From assembly GCA_951406725.2 (NCBI GenBank), contig OX597819.1:47368001-47432000 (forward strand): a stretch of 64,000 bases of DNA, given 5' to 3'. The notes under the pieces were generated by a model. It was not told the DNA's origin. It was given only the letters and a program-made list of their open reading frames with translations, and made no database searches. This DNA comes from Octopus vulgaris (Eukaryota). This document shows positions 25,901-37,500 of the stretch, piece by piece; positions within the stretch are counted from its first letter, which is position 1, and every line of letters starts with the position of its first letter. The position numbers and the translations under genes were made by a program.

Positions 25901-26506
25901 TTAATGCATAGTGTCCAGAAAAATTACTATTGCTCGTTAAGTAAACTACCTATTGAGCTTATTTTTTGTATAGTCTGCTTCTAAACTAGTGCTCTATGAG
26001 TGAACAGGTGCTGTTTACAAACAAACCAACTATACACATGTATGGAACAAATAACAGTAATTTTTCCTACGTTCATTTTTCTGGACATTACACGTTAATG
26101 GGTTAAAATAGAGAGGACTAGGAGCAGTTTCAGATGGGTTAATATCAAAGGGTTGAATAAATTTAATACTTGTTTAATTAAGTGTTGACCAAGGTGACCA
26201 CTCTTGGCTCTGAAAAATGAGTAATCACGAAAAGTTTCTGAACTAAGGTTCCCGGGAAATTGATGTACCTGTAATTGTTTGGAAGAAGGGAAAAAAATAA
26301 TTGAAAATTGACTGAACCAAATTAATGACAATGATGATGGTTTTGTATCATCAGTGCAGGTCATTCAGTGCGAGTTTATTTTTGTTATTGAAGATATCGA
26401 GTTGAGGATTTTGTTTTCAAAACTAATTACATGATGTCCATATTCTAACTATTGTTTCTCTCTCTTTCTCTTTTCAGTGGATCAATGGCATTATGTAACC
26501 AAGTAA
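4389..26506 (+). CDS. PPA1: Soluble inorganic pyrophosphatase (family I PPase), spliced gene, 5'-partial: 11 exons, ~267 aa visible
   Basis: Joined exons read ...[15 protein letters not shown]...[59 protein letters not shown]...[12 protein letters not shown]...[15 protein letters not shown]...[11 protein letters not shown]...VDQWHYVTK*. Contains the PPase signature D-[SGDN]-D-P-[LIVM]-D. All introns are GT-AG and phases are consistent. PPA1 vs PPA2 cannot be strictly assigned without the N-terminus. Confidence 0.96.
5376..5495 (+). CDS. PPA1: PPase exon ([40 protein letters not shown])
   Basis: poly-T/tag acceptor, gtaaat donor; NPIKQD and WNYGALPQ motifs; 120 nt. Confidence 0.96.
8336..8563 (+). 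mobile_element. tRNA-derived SINE family B (Meta-domain-like core) nested in a family A SINE
   Basis: ggcgagctggcagaa...gaattcaaattcc...gaggtcgactttgcctttcatcc..cggggtcgat..aagtaccag; 13-bp TSD GGAAACTAAAAAG at 8323 and 8564. Confidence 0.85.
10890..11216 (+). mobile_element. tRNA-derived SINE family C
   Basis: tggctcagtggttagagc A-box, atttgaatccc B-box; 13-bp TSD AACACACATTGAA at 10877 and 11217; related heads at ~9855, 31570-31718(-), 33208-33487(-), 52065. Confidence 0.82.
12058..12144 (+). CDS. PPA1: PPase exon ([29 protein letters not shown])
   Basis: ttgcag/gtaagt; catalytic DxDPxD signature. Confidence 0.96.
12804..12867 (+). CDS. PPA1: PPase exon ([22 protein letters not shown])
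   Basis: cttcag/gtatat; VKVLG..LIDEG motif. Confidence 0.95.
14288..14498 (-). mobile_element. RTE 3'-end fragment
   Basis: Close match to 190-370. Confidence 0.8.
14720..15095 (+). mobile_element. SINE family A copy
   Basis: Matches 30482-30890. Confidence 0.82.
15278..15340 (+). CDS. PPA1: PPase exon ([22 protein letters not shown])
   Basis: tttcag/gtaagt; ETDWK motif. Confidence 0.95.
16357..16745 (-). mobile_element. SINE family A copy
   Basis: Reverse complement of 30482-30890; further copies ~4585-4910(-), 6507-6830(+), 19765-20155(-), 21360-21730(-), 23325-23668(-), 39200-39435(+), 49707-49870(+). Confidence 0.82.
16918..16958 (+). CDS. PPA1: PPase exon ([14 protein letters not shown])
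   Basis: ttttag/gtaagt; phase-compatible with neighbours. Confidence 0.93.
18547..18633 (+). CDS. PPA1: PPase exon ([29 protein letters not shown])
   Basis: acttag/gtaaac; WFRxYKVPDGK motif. Confidence 0.96.
21175..21260 (+). CDS. PPA1: PPase exon ([29 protein letters not shown])
   Basis: poly-T gtag/gtatgc; ETHxxW motif. Confidence 0.93.
23161..23230 (+). CDS. PPA1: PPase exon ([24 protein letters not shown])
   Basis: tttcag/gtaagt; resembles the NTT..SP C-terminal segment of animal PPA1. Confidence 0.9.
24001..24315 (-). mobile_element. tRNA-headed, hammerhead-bearing short element with an inverted partial tail (Penelope-like architecture)
   Basis: A-box TGGCATAGTGG and B-box GAGTTCAATTCC at ~24182-24236; ACAC-CTGACGA-AGGCTG..CAGCT-GAAAC at 24068-24104; inverted tail copy at 24246-24315. 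Confidence 0.65.
24594..24633 (+). CDS. PPA1: PPase exon ([14 protein letters not shown])
   Basis: ctacag/gtaggt; phase-compatible. Confidence 0.88.
25222..25497 (-). mobile_element. Degenerate 3' end of a second RTE-type LINE family
   Basis: - strand reads [16 protein letters not shown]...[15 protein letters not shown]...EALCSTRG with stops. Confidence 0.75.
25897..26102. mobile_element. Second TTAA MITE nested in an older TTAA MITE
   Basis: TTAA TSD (25893, 26103); TIRs cccattaatgcatagtgtccagaaaa / ttttctggacattacacgttaatggg. Confidence 0.75.
26478..26506 (+). CDS. PPA1: PPase terminal coding exon (V-DQWHYVTK*)
   Basis: pyrimidine tract tttcag; VDxWH(Y/F) C-terminal motif; TAA 26504-26506. 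Confidence 0.92.
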
Positions 26507-26680
26507 GAGATCTAAACAGATGATGCATATATATGTATATATACATATATGCACCTACACACACATGTACATATACAAACATATAGAGCAGCGACATTTT
26601 GGGTTGTTTTGATACATAATCAACAGAATACAGATCGGCATATTTTTTTTTTTCACACATAAAAAAATTAATCTTGTTTT

Positions 26681-26686
26681 AATAAA
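26681..26686 (+). promoter_or_regulatory. Candidate polyadenylation signal of PPase
   Basis: AATAAA ~175 nt after the stop, followed by T-rich sequence. Confidence 0.5.
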
Positions 26687-27570
26687 TTATTAACATTTTA
26701 ACCAAATCTCTTGCTTTTTATCCTCTCTTGCCTTCCCATTTTGCTTTCTGTTATTATTTAGCAATTTCAAATAGAGCTGAAATAAGTGGTTAATGATGTA
26801 GAGAAGAAAGCTAATCAACTGGAGCAGTAATGTGGTTTCAATTTCTAATTAAAACCAGTTCACTTCATATTGTTAGAACAAACTCAAAGATGGCAATATC
26901 CACTTACCCATTCCTTAAGACTTTAGCATTTAAACCGGTCATATAAGGCCTAAATATTGTATATGTTTTATGTTCAAACTGCCCAGACCCAGCCTCTTGC
27001 TCTTACCCTGCAGTCATTCTGGAAATAATCACATAAGCAAAATCTGGAGCCTACAATTGATCAGGCATTATCTCATAACTTCAAGATTTCAATGATGATG
27101 ATCATCGTTTAATGTATGCTTTCCATGTGGCATCGACCACATGTAAATGGTGCTTTTTATGTGCCACTGGCATGGGGGCCAGTTAGGTGGCACTGGCATC
27201 AACTTTCAGAAATACATTGTATGGTAGGCGTGAGGCTGGATTTAGCCAATTAGACTGTTTAGGCTGAATAAAATAGGTTTAAATACTAAATGGTTAAGAT
27301 TTGGGGAAAATGTAAAATTTCCCCCCCCCCCCATTAATATGAATTTCAGGTGTGTAATTTTTCTTTTTGAGGGGGGAATGCCATTACATTAAGATTGTGT
27401 CATTAGCTATTGTTTGATTAAACTATATTTATTCTGGAGGAAACACTTTTTTTGTCTCTTATTCCTTCTCTAACCCAACCCATTGGGCCACTTATTTTAC
27501 CTTTTTAACCAAGAAATTATTCCAATGGAATCTAAAAATCTATTTCAATATTTACTTTATTTATTTTCAG

Positions 27571-27604
27571 GCTGCCTTGTTTAAAGCTGAAATCTGCTCT
27601 TTGA
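27571..27604 (+). CDS. PPA1: Candidate alternative terminal PPase exon (K-LPCLKLKSAL*)
   Basis: Donor AA|GTAAGA overlaps the normal stop (GT at 26503). Acceptor tttactttatttattttcag|G at 27570. In frame to TGA 27602-27604; AATAAA at 27678. Confidence 0.5.
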
Positions 27605-28922
27605 GTAGATTTTTGGTTTGTTGAGACATTGGGGAAAATTTCAGACTTTTAAATCATCAGTTGTACATATACTTAAAAATAAAATGTTAATTAAGAAAAT
27701 TATGACTGAAGCATGATTTTTTTTTAGCTTCCAAATCGGCTCTAATGAAGCAGATCAATGGTAAAAAGCATTCCATATTAGACCATCTTGTCTTCCTCTA
27801 CGTATAGTTAATCTCGGAAGTAGATTAGTATTGTGTTCATTTTCAAGATGGTAGGTGTGTAATTGAAAAAGGAGTTAATGGGTTTACCCCCCCCCCAGTT
27901 GAACAAGCTTTATCAGCCTCATTAACAATTAATACTTTTGTGATATGGCTAAAGCTATGAACATCATCTTTTATATGTAAGGAGTCAATATATTGATTTA
28001 TTGCACAGGCAATGTCTATTGTGTGTGTAAATATATTTTTTATACACAATGAAAAATTAGTCCTTGTATAAAAAGTTACATTGTAGTTTGAAGTAATCTT
28101 CAGAGAAACCTATTTGCAGTAAGTTACTGGCAATTCACTCTGTCCAGTTAAATCTCCTGAGTAACTGATGGAGAAAAGGGTTTGATACCAAACTAATTTG
28201 TTAATAGACTCTTAAGCAGCAGTTTAAAGTGATTAAAAGGGGTGCAGGTTCACTTTGACTTCCTTACATCTGGGTGTAATAATATACTGGAGAGATAATC
28301 CTGGTAGCTCAAGTGAAAAATGTTCAGTTATAAATTTTTAATGAGTTGGTCTGGAAGGAGGAGTTGTGTACAAGGCTGTCACAGACCCTGTGAGACCAGG
28401 CAGGTAGCATACAATCTGAATGACCATATTTTACTTGCTGGACAGTCTAACAATTTTCTTTTTTCTTTGTAAAAGAATAGAAGAAACATTGTTATAATAT
28501 TCTAAAAGCATCCTAGCACTGTAGTGTTCTAATAGCACTGTTATGTCTCCTTTCATTTAGTTTTCAATACCCATATTTATCAACAGTAAATTACATTTTG
28601 CCAGCAACCAGCGTTCTGAATCTGTTCTTGGTGAATGAGGATGTAGTTGTCACTGCACCAGCCTCAACATATTCTGAAGTTTAGCACCAAATATTCATCT
28701 TTATAAGCCTTGACGTTGTTGGTTTAAATGGAGGATGCACTGGACAATATAGTCAGTCATCTATTGTCTATAAAGACTGGATTGCCATGGTTGGAATTCC
28801 TTTGATCATAAAGCCTCCTCAGTCTGGGCTGACTTGGGATGAAACAATTACAATCAATGGGTTGATTCAGTCACAAAAGCATAAAAAGAAAACAGTCAAA
28901 ATATATCAAGGAGTACAAATAC

Positions 28923-28928
28923 TTTATT
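28923..28928 (-). promoter_or_regulatory. Candidate polyadenylation signal of the TEP gene
   Basis: AATAAA on - strand followed by T/GT-rich downstream sequence; another AATAAA at 29350-29355. Confidence 0.4.
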
Positions 28929-29881
28929 TAGGTTTTTTTTTTTAATAATTATTTTTACAAACTAACCATCAGGTTTAGTTTCCTATTAATGGAGCAGTTG
29001 ATGATTATTTTTAGTGTGTAATAGTTACTTAATTAGTAGTGAGTCATGTGACAGTGCAACAGAAAAAAAAAAAAGATGCAGATATTTTTAAAAATCAAAA
29101 TCCAATCCTAATAGAATATATGAAACAAATGTCTATTTAAAGAAAGGGAGTAAAAGATATACTGGGTATAATAGAGGGAGAATAACTGTCCAGTTCACAA
29201 ATACTTAATTGGAAGGGGTAATGTTTCTTAGGTTTTTTTTTTCTTCTTTGGCTTGAAATTTCAAATTGAGAAAAACAAATTAGCAGAAGAGTATAAAACA
29301 AACTAAATAATTAAAATTTTTTGAAATAGTTTTACATAAAAATTCAAATTTTATTTTAATATGAAACGAATTTTGATCTCGGGTTTTTTAGTTTTAACAG
29401 TTTGCTATTTCAAACTAAGAAAGAAAAAAAATTACATCCACAATTAAAATATTATTAGCCTGTTTAGTTATCAATTATTTTAAGGTGATTACAAAATTCA
29501 ATTGACCTGATCAGTAAGTTACACGAGTTAAGCTGGTTGCAGCACCAGAGACTCTCCAGATCTCTCAATGATTTTGACATTAATATTTTGTGTTCAAACA
29601 TCGTTGATAGTCAAACCTTGCCTGTAAACAGGGATTATCTCCCCTACCTACTAATAGTAATTCTGTAGTTTATCAGGAGTAATAAACATTTGGTTATTCC
29701 TAAGTCGATAAAGCTTAACGACTTCTTACCTTCCCCTCGTTTTTTCCTTATATCATTGTAATCAATTGAGGCAGTGGTGGTGAGGGATTGGATTTTTGTT
29801 TCTTTTGCTTATAATTTTTTTTATATAGTTTTCACATAATTGTGTAAGAAGGAATGAAGAGAATGAGAGACTAAATTTCCA

Positions 29882-30027
29882 TCATCTCTTGCAAGACTTC
29901 GCCAGTCTACGCATGTGTCGTTCTACAACAGATTTAAGTGGAAATATAACAACATGTTTGTCAAGACGAACGGGACCCATTTCTTTGAATTTTGGCCCAG
30001 CTTTCATTCGCATTAAGACTCGACGTC
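29882..30027 (-). CDS. TEP terminal exon (G-RRVLMRMKAG...RHMRRLAKSCKR*)
   Basis: tttcag acceptor; near-terminal Cys and stop TGA. Confidence 0.82.
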
Positions 30028-31499
30028 CTGAAATGAAACGCAAAAGGCAATTTTAAGTGAGGAGTTAATTTGACATCACTAAAAGTACAGAGGTAACAGT
30101 GGAAAGAGAAGTAAAGATAATGTATTTAGACTATCAAATTTTAAAAGGTCTTAGAGTTAATATTTACACATAGGAAGATATTTTATAGACACAGCCATCA
30201 AGAATTGAGATGGCTATCTGTAAGGGACTTGTCAAAACAGGTGATTGGCTTGCCATCTTGTCTGAAGAATGTTCCAAAAGCATTACAATTCAAGCTTGTT
30301 GATATGGAGAATTTTGAAACTGTCACATAATTTAGTACCTAAATTTTACTGCCATATGTCAACAACATTCTGATTTACAGAGTAAAGAAATCTTTTTGCT
30401 AATGGAAGCAGCAGTTTCCCAAACGCCTTTTATCTATTTAATACTTAAATTACTGTACAATAAATATAATTATCTTAACCAAGGCGCAGGAGTGGCTGTG
30501 TGGTAAGTAGCTTGCTAACCAACCACATGGTTCCGGGTTCAGTTCCACTGCGTGGCATCTTGGGCAAGTGTCTTCTGCTATAGCCCCGGGCCGACCAATG
30601 CTTTGTGAGTGTATTTGGTAGACGGAAACTGAAAGAAGCCTGTCGTGTGTGTGTATATATATATATGTGTGTGTGCGTGTGTGTATATGTGCGTGTGTGT
30701 CTGTTTGTTCCCCTAGCATTGCTTGACAACCGTTGCTGGTGTGTTTATGTCCCCGTCACTTAGCAGTTCGGCAAAAGAGACCGATAGAATAAGTACTGGG
30801 CTTACAAAGAATAAGTCCCAGGGTTGAGTTGCTCGACTAAAGGTGATGCTCCAGCATGGCCGCAGTCAAATGAGTGAAAAGAGTAAATGAAAGAGGATTT
30901 TTTTTTTTTTTTTTGTGGTTGCTTGACCCATTACAAAGTGCAGGGTGCAATTTGAGACCAATTTGCTACTATTTAAAAGGAAAATGGGTAAGTCAAGGCT
31001 TGAATGTCTTTATCTATAGGAGTATGTCATCATCTGACATATTTGACTTTAAATCAAAAGCCATATGCTCATGAATTGGGTTTTTATTACAGTTGCTGCT
31101 GTAAGCTTTAGTTGCTAGACTAATGGCTACATGGTCAGATGTTCAAACCTTAGTATAGTTAAAGTATTTAATTCCATTCTATTTGTGAGCTTATTGAAGA
31201 TCATATAAATAAACTGGTTAAGGGGTATTTAACTGGTAGAGATGCTATGGTATTTCTAAATAAAGCTCACATTTTTATGGGAGAAATAGAATAAATTCAA
31301 ATAAACATCCACAAAGATGCCGAAATAGTATAAGTATACTAGTATTGTGACTAGGAATGTTCAAACTTCACATTGTATACATCATCAAAAGCCATAGTTA
31401 TTGAATACAGCTTTCTAAGAAAACAATGCACGACAAGTATTAAGTCAAATCTGATTAGTCTGCATTACTCTGTAAGGAACATAAGGCTGGTTTCTCTAA

Positions 31500-31546
<47 letters not shown>

Positions 31547-34500
31547 CTCTGAATGGGACCCTGGGCTGTCATAGGATTGCTAATTTTTTACCAGCTGAGT
31601 GGACTGGAGCAATATGAAATGAAGTATTTTGCAGAAGAACATGTGTTACCTGATCCAGGGATCAAAACCAGAATCTTACATCCAGGAGTCTAACATCCTA
31701 ACCACTAAGCCATGTGCTTCAACATTAAGTCAAATATACCTTCATGAAATACCACTGCTTCATTTCTTTGTTTGCTTACTGAATCAATTTCTATTTACAG
31801 TGTTGAAAGTTGGTTGGGTAGTGGGTAGGTTAATGAAATAAAAATCAATACATTGTGAGCCTTACCTCTTTCCTTTATACAGGCACATTCACAAGATTTG
31901 TCCATTTTGGGGACAACAAATTTTTTAATTTGTAATTTCTTCAGTGGCCGAAGATCTGCCATGACTCGTATTAAATGTTCTTTGTTCTTTCCAGAAGATA
32001 TTTTATAAACTATGAAAAATAAATAAAGTTTTGATATTAATGTATATAGAATGGAATTTTTTTTTTTTTTCATAAATGTGATATATTTAAAGAGTTGAAC
32101 TCTTATTAGTAGAGAGAAAAAAATCCCCTTTAGTGGGTGTGTTTAAAATCTAAAACCTGCAAGAAAAGAAAATAACTTTAACGAGATCAAATAGAAAATT
32201 GTGAATAATATAGGCCATGAAAACTGGCATGGATCTGGTCTTTAAGTCAATGCCAGTTAGTGAAAACAACAGATAGGTTTGGACTTTAATAGACCTCCAC
32301 AATGAAACATATTCAACTCAGCTGGTAAAACTATAAGTAATCAGTCATCAGTTAATGTCCGTTTTTCCATGCTGGCATGGGTTGGATGGTTTGACTGAAA
32401 ATTGGTAAGCTGCACCAGGTTTCAATCTGATTTGGCATGTTTAGTATGCAGAACACTCTCTCGAAGTATTTGCTTTCAAAGCCAAATTGTTGATATTCAT
32501 AACCAATTCACTACTTTTCCTTTACTGACACACGCACACACAAGTGAGTGGACAAATGAAAGAAGGTGGCCTTCCTAATGCCAACCACTCCAAGAGTGTG
32601 GAGGTGCTTATGGGTGCCAGTTATGAAACACTGGCATGGGCCACAACTACTATTGACAGGTCTTCTCAAGCATGGAATATTGCCAATAGTCTCAGTCACT
32701 TGTCACTGTCTCCATGAGGCCAATACATATATATAATAATAATAATAAAGTGACAATAAAAGAATGAGACCTCAATATTAGGTTAATAGAGGATATTTAT
32801 ATATATATATAGTTTATGACAACCAGTAATTTGTCATAATAATACTTGGAGTACTATTATGACATTACTGATTGTTCTAAACTATACATACCTACATATA
32901 TATACACACACACCTCATCAATATCAAACAATGAGAATGAGTGCTCAACATTGGTTACCATTGGTTTCATGTTAAGAAATATTGCAACAATTCTTCAAGC
33001 TGACCACATAGGAAAATTGATGTTCACCTCCATTTTGCATTAAAACACACACACGCACTCACATATATATATATTTATATAGCAAGAGGAGGGTAGATAC
33101 CGAATTTCTCTGAGTAAAATGCCAAGGCCATGATACTAACAGGAAATAAACTTAAAGTATGAATGTTCAAATTCTTCATTCTCCTTATTTTCAATATATA
33201 TATATATCACCGTGACCGACCAGGTTATCAGATGTTGCTACACATCGCTGGTCACAATGCGCTTCGCATTGTTTTTAGCCTTCAAATGACGCCACCCCGC
33301 TGGCTAAGCGAGCAGGCCAACAGAAGAAAGAGTGAGAGAAAGTTGCGGCGAAAGATTACAGCAGGGATCGCCACCACCAGCCTCGTGGAGCTTTAGGTGT
33401 TTTCGCTCAATAAACACTCACAACGCCCGGTCTGGGAATTGAAACCGCGAGTCCGCTGCCCTAACCACTGGGCCATTGCGCGTCCACATATATATATATA
33501 TATTACTTAAAAACAGTTTGACTTAATTTGCATGAAGCCGAGTCAAACTGTTTTTAAATAATGTATGTAACTCCTACCAAATATGTTGAGTGCCACCTTT
33601 TTTCATTAGTCCACTCACTTGTGTGTGTGTCAGTATAGAGGAAAAGTAGTCACATTGGTTATGAATATCAACAATTTGGCTTTGAGAGCAAATACATCAG
33701 GAGAGTGTTCTGCATACTAAACAGAAATTAAATATGAGAGACCTTAACATATTTATATATAGTATTCTCCCTTTATAAATTATTTTTCCTTTAGCTATGT
33801 TGTTCAGCAGGGAGTAATTGATGTGAAATCACGAAAATTATCTAATAATGTGCATAATGATACTAGTTTTCTCAAATACTACTGTAATGGCTTATCTCAG
33901 CAAATACTAATACAAAGAAGTCAGTATAGTAGAATAAATTTTATGCTGAGAGAAAGAAATGAAAAGAAATCCAACATTCCGGAATGAATAATGATATAAT
34001 AGTTTTATAGTCAAAAATTGAACTTAATAGATACAAGATGAAAGATTTTTATTTACCTTCTACTGCATTGCAGAATAACTTGTGATAATCTTTTGGTACA
34101 TTATCCCAGCATACTGGACAATTCTGTTAAATAAAGAGCCACAAAAATAATCAGTTTTAATTTAGTGTTTTTCTACAAATTTTTTTTTCATTCTCTCTCT
34201 ATTTCCTCATTCCTTTCTGTTGAAGAGCATAGGCTCGAAATGTAAAGGACTTTTCCTTTTTTCCTGAGCGACAAACTAATATGCTTACTTGTTGTTCCTA
34301 TACCTGTCTTCATTATTTGTTTTTCTATAAATTTGAACTACTTAATATATGTAGTTGACCATACAGTTATTTTACTCTGTTGTTACATGATTCATAGCTG
34401 TATTACTTGTATTTGGTGTGGTTGTTTTAGCCTTAAGTAAGCCCTGACTGAGCAGACCTATGACCAAAAGTGTTGCAGCTTTGACCATCCAACCTTTGGA

Positions 34501-37500
34501 AGAGCACTGGTTATCAAGGACAACATTATCCATTGTGTCTTACCTTTTTATGATGGTAGGATATAATTGATAATATAATTCATTATCTATTCATAATGGG
34601 TTGAGCAACCATCTAGCTCAGTGACTCTCAACAAACCCCTTCCACCAAATGGCAACTTGCGAATATCATTCAGTAAAAGGAGGTGAGTTGCTGAGTTACA
34701 AGAAAATCACAAAACCACATCCCCTATTGTTTTAGTTAAACAGAAGCTAATTTAGCAAAGTCATTTATTATCCATTATTTCTCATATAAACACTGAAAGC
34801 AGGCCATACCTGGCACAAATATTCTACCTGTTTTATGTTCAAACTAGTTAGGTCTGACCTCTCACATTTACACTACAATGTCGAATAATAAATAATTACA
34901 TCATCAAAATGTTGAAGCCACAAGATAATGCATGATTAATTCAAAACAATGAATAAAAAACATTACGTTTGATGGAGTAATCTGAATGCTAAGGGGTTGA
35001 CTATTTCACCATGATCCCTTTAAACACACAGAACCACCATAGCATCCATCGACTTTAGAACTCACAATACACCCAGAGAGATGGTACTGCACAGGTAAAT
35101 AATTGCTGGTGCAGAGGCTCATTCCATGGCTTGTAGGCATACTACGTGATATGTATTATACCGTAAATAATCGAGTATAGTCCGCCCTTGAGTATAATAC
35201 ACAGGGGATTTTTAGGGGGCTGTTCCTCTGAAAAGCCTAAACATTGTGTATAATACTCACCCCTTCTCTAATTTGAGTCAAGGAAGTCTATATAATGTCC
35301 TTGGTTTGTAAAAATCTATACGGTAACATCCTTTATTATTGCCTTCTTTATCTTTGGTATCTGCTTAATTTCATCTTTATTTCTTCTCCATAACCTGACA
35401 TTGCTTTCGTCAACATCAAATTTTGTTCCGGCGGCCCTATTACCATGCTCTTCAGCATATAATATAACTTCATGTTTAAACATAGCTGAATAAGATCTAT
35501 GAGGCATTTTATGGGCATGTAATGTATAAAAGGTTTTATTGGAGATTAATGTACAGGTTTAAATCCCCAGTAAAGACCCACAGTAGTTCAAACATTTAAT
35601 ACTGGTATTTAATTAAGTAGCTATTGTTTGCCACGGTAATGATGCAAAATGCCAATACAAACAGCAGGATGAACTATTTAGCACTAAACTATTAAGCATC
35701 ACAAAATGCATCTGAATAAACATTGCCGGACAGCAAATAGAGACTCGGATATTGCTTAGAAAATATTTTTCATTTTTAATCTCGTATATAGTAAGCACTA
35801 GGGATTTTGACCTTTAAATTTTGGGAAAAAAATGCGGATTATACTCGAGGATTTACGGTAGCTATCAATTAATACAAATTTTCTTTATCATCTCCAATAT
35901 CATCATCATCATTTAGTATATGATGACGATGATGATGATGATGATAATTTGATATAATTTGAAAAGCATTGAAGCTTACCTTTTTTTTATGATTTTTTGA
36001 TAAATTGACCACAATAGGTTCTTTGCTTGTTTCAGCACTTACATTTGTGCTGGACGCTGTAGTTACTGGTATTGGCTCGGCATACTCTGTGAGAAAACTG
36101 ACACTGGTTGTTTTCAATGTGATACTTATTTCAGCAACAGTTTTTCTACGTGGAGAAGTTGCGTTGAAGGTACTATTAGCTGTGTTAATGGTTTGGGTGT
36201 CATTTGGTACAATAGCTGATTCACTCTGTTGATTTTCTGTGATAGAGCTGGCTGTTTCTGAAAATTCAAACTAAAGTTTACTATATGTAAGATTTTATTT
36301 TGTAAAATGTCTTTGTTTGAGCAAACAAACAAATGGTAAAAAGAGTCTTGAAACTATGAAGAACCTGATCAGTACAGCTCATAGTTATTTGATTTTGAAC
36401 AGCTTTGGACATGTATTAGATGGAATTATAATTGCTTTTAATTTAGACACAAAATCAGTAGTTTTGAGAGAAGAGAGTTAGTTGATATCATCAATCCCAT
36501 TACTTGTACTTAATTTATTGACCCTGAAAGGATGAAAGGCAAAGTCGACCTCGGTGGAATTTGAACTCAGAACGTAATGGCAGATGAAATATCGTTAAGC
36601 ATTTCACCCAGCGTGCTAACGTTTCTGCCAGCTCGGTGCCTTGGATCTCTAGAATAATATTACTTGACAGGTTGTATAGCTTATAGATTAATAAATCTTT
36701 CTTAGTCAAGCCACTACTTCTCTGCTTTGAGAGGTCATAACTCAGGTACTACAGACATGACTAGAATGTCAGAAGAAATAATTGCAAGATGAATTCTTCA
36801 AGCTGATCCAACCAGCAGATGCAAGGGTTGATCAAGAATGAGATGGTTGAATAATATCCACAGTTTTTCAGTTGGTCATGCTTGGGGATCCAGCCAGCAA
36901 GTGTAGTGATGGTTGCTTCTGATAGAGCCCTATGGAGGAAGTGCCTGTGAGCAACACAACTGCCATGATCCTCCCAGGAACAGTGTGGATGGAGAAAATG
37001 GATGGATTTATGAATGGACATCAGAAATTGGTCTCAGTAAGATTTGAACTCAGAACATGGGGATGAAAGAGTGAAACTAAATACTGGAAATACTAAAAAA
37101 AATATTCTGTTTAATGTTCTAATAATTCTTCCAATCCTCATTCTCTATGAACTTTTTATATTCTGGAACAATAAGACACAAAAACCTAATGAGAAATATG
37201 AAAAACATTATGTACATAGTTTACATTAGTCAGATTGGTGTTCTCATCTTGATTGTTGCTTTCACTATGTTTCGGCTGTTGTACACTCCAGCATATATGA
37301 GAGGGTACTGAAAAGTTCCTGGCTTTATGGGTATCTTGAAAGGTCTAGTTGGAGGCCCAACCATCTGAGTTATTTTACAGGGCTGAGAAAAACTGAAGGA
37401 ACATTGCAATGGGTGTGTGAATCTGAGAGGAGAATATGTTGGATACTAGAAGTGCCCCAGAATGGCCACAGCCTTAGGGCTGAAATGTGTAAAAGAATAA

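Noticed and set aside
26504-26515. Stop-codon readthrough of PPase
   Set aside because: TAA in a non-leaky context, with another TAA three codons later.
36005-36232. Hydrophobic 75-aa + strand ORF resembling a membrane protein
   Set aside because: Antisense shadow of the Ser/Thr-rich TEP exon.
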